Notes under the pieces: model-generated | The model's input: the letters and a program-made list of their open reading frames with translations, nothing else | Told to the model about the DNA's origin: nothing | Database searches by the model: none | In this document: positions 61,624-64,000 of the stretch, one piece after another | How the letters are laid out: each line of letters starts with the position of its first letter | How positions within the stretch are numbered: the first letter of the stretch is position 1 | Sequence record: OQ718158.1 | Reading direction: 5' to 3' (one strand) | DNA length: 64,000 nt | Made by a program: the position numbers and the translations under genes

Positions 61624-61943
61624 GTTTATATCAAACGACACCCACTTTAACAAATAATAGGAAATATTATGTCTTTTACCAAAGAAGAACGTGACCTTAT
61701 TAAAAAAGCAATCTGGTTTTATGCTAATGAAGGGGAGTGCGATGAAGAAAAAGCACGTGAACTGTGTAATATCCTTGAGCAGAAACAAGAACTGAAAGTT
61801 TATCGTATCCGTGTTTTGGATGACGGGGATCGTATTGTCCTAGCTGAAACAAAAGAAGAAGCAGAACAAATCTTCACTGATAAAAACGAAAATCCACATT
61901 GGATGGAAGAAGTCTGTGAAGTAAAAAAAGGTACTTATATCGA

Positions 61944-61972
61944 TTGACTGTACTGAATAATAGCAGTATAAT
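61944..61972 (+). promoter_or_regulatory. Sigma70-type promoter
   Basis: TTGACT-N17-TATAAT; shares the downstream GTTTATATCAAA with the 61596 promoter. Confidence 0.85.
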
Positions 61973-64000
61973 GTTTATATCAAAGGGAATGCAGTGAAAG
62001 GAAAGACAGCATAATCGTACTCGTCACTGCGTTTCCACCCTTTTAAATTAAATGAGGAATTAACTATGTTTCAAACTAACACTCAAGGTTTTGTAATCAT
62101 CGATTTGAATCAAAACAGCGGTTATTGGATGAAACCTACTGACGCATGTATGCAGTTTGATTTTTTAGGTTACAGGATTAGTGTAAGTACTGGTGCTTCT
62201 GTACTGCGTGGTGGTTGTATCGTTGAACATCTGGTAACTGATCCAGAAGGTCGTGAGTATGAAATCGCAGGTTCAGTACAAGATGCCATTATGTTTGTAT
62301 GTCAGCGTGAAATGAATAGTTCGAATTCAAATGCACTGACTCATGCTCTTTCTCAAGAAGTGGAGGTTCGTTAATGAAATATATCGTAGCAGTACTCGTT
62401 GCATTTTTACTCACTGCATGTGACGCTTCAACCAAAGAACGCACAAGTGATTTTATTCTCCCTATTGAATTACAAGAAGCAGGATGTAAGATTTATCGTA
62501 TGCAAAAGGATGGTGCTGGCGTAACCTTGTATACAGTTTATTGCCCTAATGCAAATACCAGTACTGGATACAGCAGCGGTAAAACACGAATCAATACTTC
62601 AGTGATTAATGGAGTACAACAATGAGCCTTGATACAACCCGTGCAACAGATTTATTAACTCGTATGAATAATGAAGAATTTCTTGCTGAAATAAAGTACA
62701 AGCTTGAAAAACTGGCACGAAGTGCTGAAGTAATTGAAGTTGAAGGTCACTTACCAATGGACCAATTCCATACGTTCAACGAAGATATGGTTTATTATCC
62801 AAATGAAATTTGGATTGAGTGGGAGTCATGGACTAACAAAACTCTACGCATTGAAGGTTATTGTGTGAATTATGAATCTGAACCTGGTGATGTTACAAAA
62901 ACTCTCTCCATTTGGTGTACAAAAACACATGAACTCGTTGAGGTGAATTTGAATTATATGAAAGGTTTCCGTTGGGGTGATGTTCAATGATTAAAAAACT
63001 ATTGACAGTTGTCTTTGTATTCTGTACAATGTTTCTTACAGCATGTAATGATGACGGCAGGTTTAGTGCAAAAGACTTAGTTCGTCAGGATTGTACATTC
63101 ACAGGTAAGTCTTTTATTAACGAGTATGAAATATGTACACAATCAGGTCGTATCTGTGGTGGTTGGGAAAAACGTCAGGAGCGATTGTATGTATATGAAT
63201 GCCCTGGTCATCTCAACAAAGTACTAAGCACACACAAACTTGTTTATGATAAGGTTGAATAATGACTACCAATGAAATGATGCAGGTTATTTGGGATAAA
63301 GGTTGCGATCTTAAAATCACCAGTACTGATGTTCGTGTATTCAAAACTGAATATATGGAGTACTTGGACCTTGATACTTATAATAATATTGTATCAATTG
63401 AACACAAAGGTGCAGTACTGGAAACAATTGACGTAGTACTGAAGAAAGCTACCGACCTATTAGGAGCGGCAGTGTGAATAACAAAGAGTGGGAAGAGTAC
63501 CGTAAGAAGTGCAGGGAGTTTGATAAAGAACTAACTGGTACAGTGAATGCAGTAATGTGGGTATCTGTAATTATTGCAGTTCTTGCGTTGGGTGCTATTA
63601 TTATTAATAAATTATTCTAAGGCGAATATCATGTTTACTTTATATCTCGCAGTAGTTCTCACCAATGGTGAAATCACTCGTACTATTGGTGAAGGTGTAT
63701 ATAAAACACCAGACCAGTGCTACTCTGCTACTCATTGGCCTCGCGATAGTGGGGATGAAACTCGCACTGAATTCAAATGCATGAAAGTAAAAGGTGATTT
63801 TGTTAACCTTAAGGTTATCGAGGCGAAATAATGGATATTAATGAGTTGTTGATCTTATTGTTTAATCGTGGAAATGATGTAAGACGTTCTGAATATCAAG
63901 ACAAAATTCACATTGAAACTGATAAATGTTATGGTAAAACAACTCATGAGATTTTGAAGCCAAATGGCAAACGATATGCCGATGTATGTTTTCATGAACG

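Larger units (their letters stand above)
61107..64000 (+). other. Run of small hypothetical CDSs (61107-61289, 61299-61499, 61669-61947, 62066-62374, 62374-62625 lipoprotein-like, 62622-62990, 62987-63262 lipoprotein-like, 63262-63477, about 63631-63831, partial from 63831)
   Basis: Coupled ORFs; LLTAC and FLTAC lipobox motifs in two. Confidence 0.6.

Overview
AT-rich (roughly 32-33% GC by eye) segment of a jumbo lytic myophage. Gene content suggests the RaK2/GAP32/121Q-like enterobacterial jumbo phages (inference, no search run). Almost everything is on the + strand. About 1-19 kb holds conserved replication, nucleotide and proteostasis genes (DHFR, RNase H, Dda helicase, IF3, ClpS-like, two topoisomerase II subunits, a stand-alone DnaE piece, GroES, clamp loader, HAD nucleotidase) mixed with probable late/structural genes. 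About 20-25 kb is a TelA/exoribonuclease/membrane/LemA-like cluster. About 25-64 kb is a dense accessory region of small ORFs driven by many sigma70-type promoters, with a C5-cytosine methyltransferase, two HNH nucleases, a phage sigma factor and a tRNA/ncRNA island at 42.5-48.7 kb. The strongest unexplained signals are: (1) window-wide, roughly 7-fold over-representation of the palindrome AGTACT, which also sits in promoters and ncRNAs; (2) at least 19 paralogous small proteins sharing only a C-proximal EExxFQxSTVxD motif; (3) several large structured non-coding RNAs and two aberrant tRNA-like genes; (4) a 161-bp-period array of MTHEEW microproteins. All RNA folds and motif counts were done by eye.
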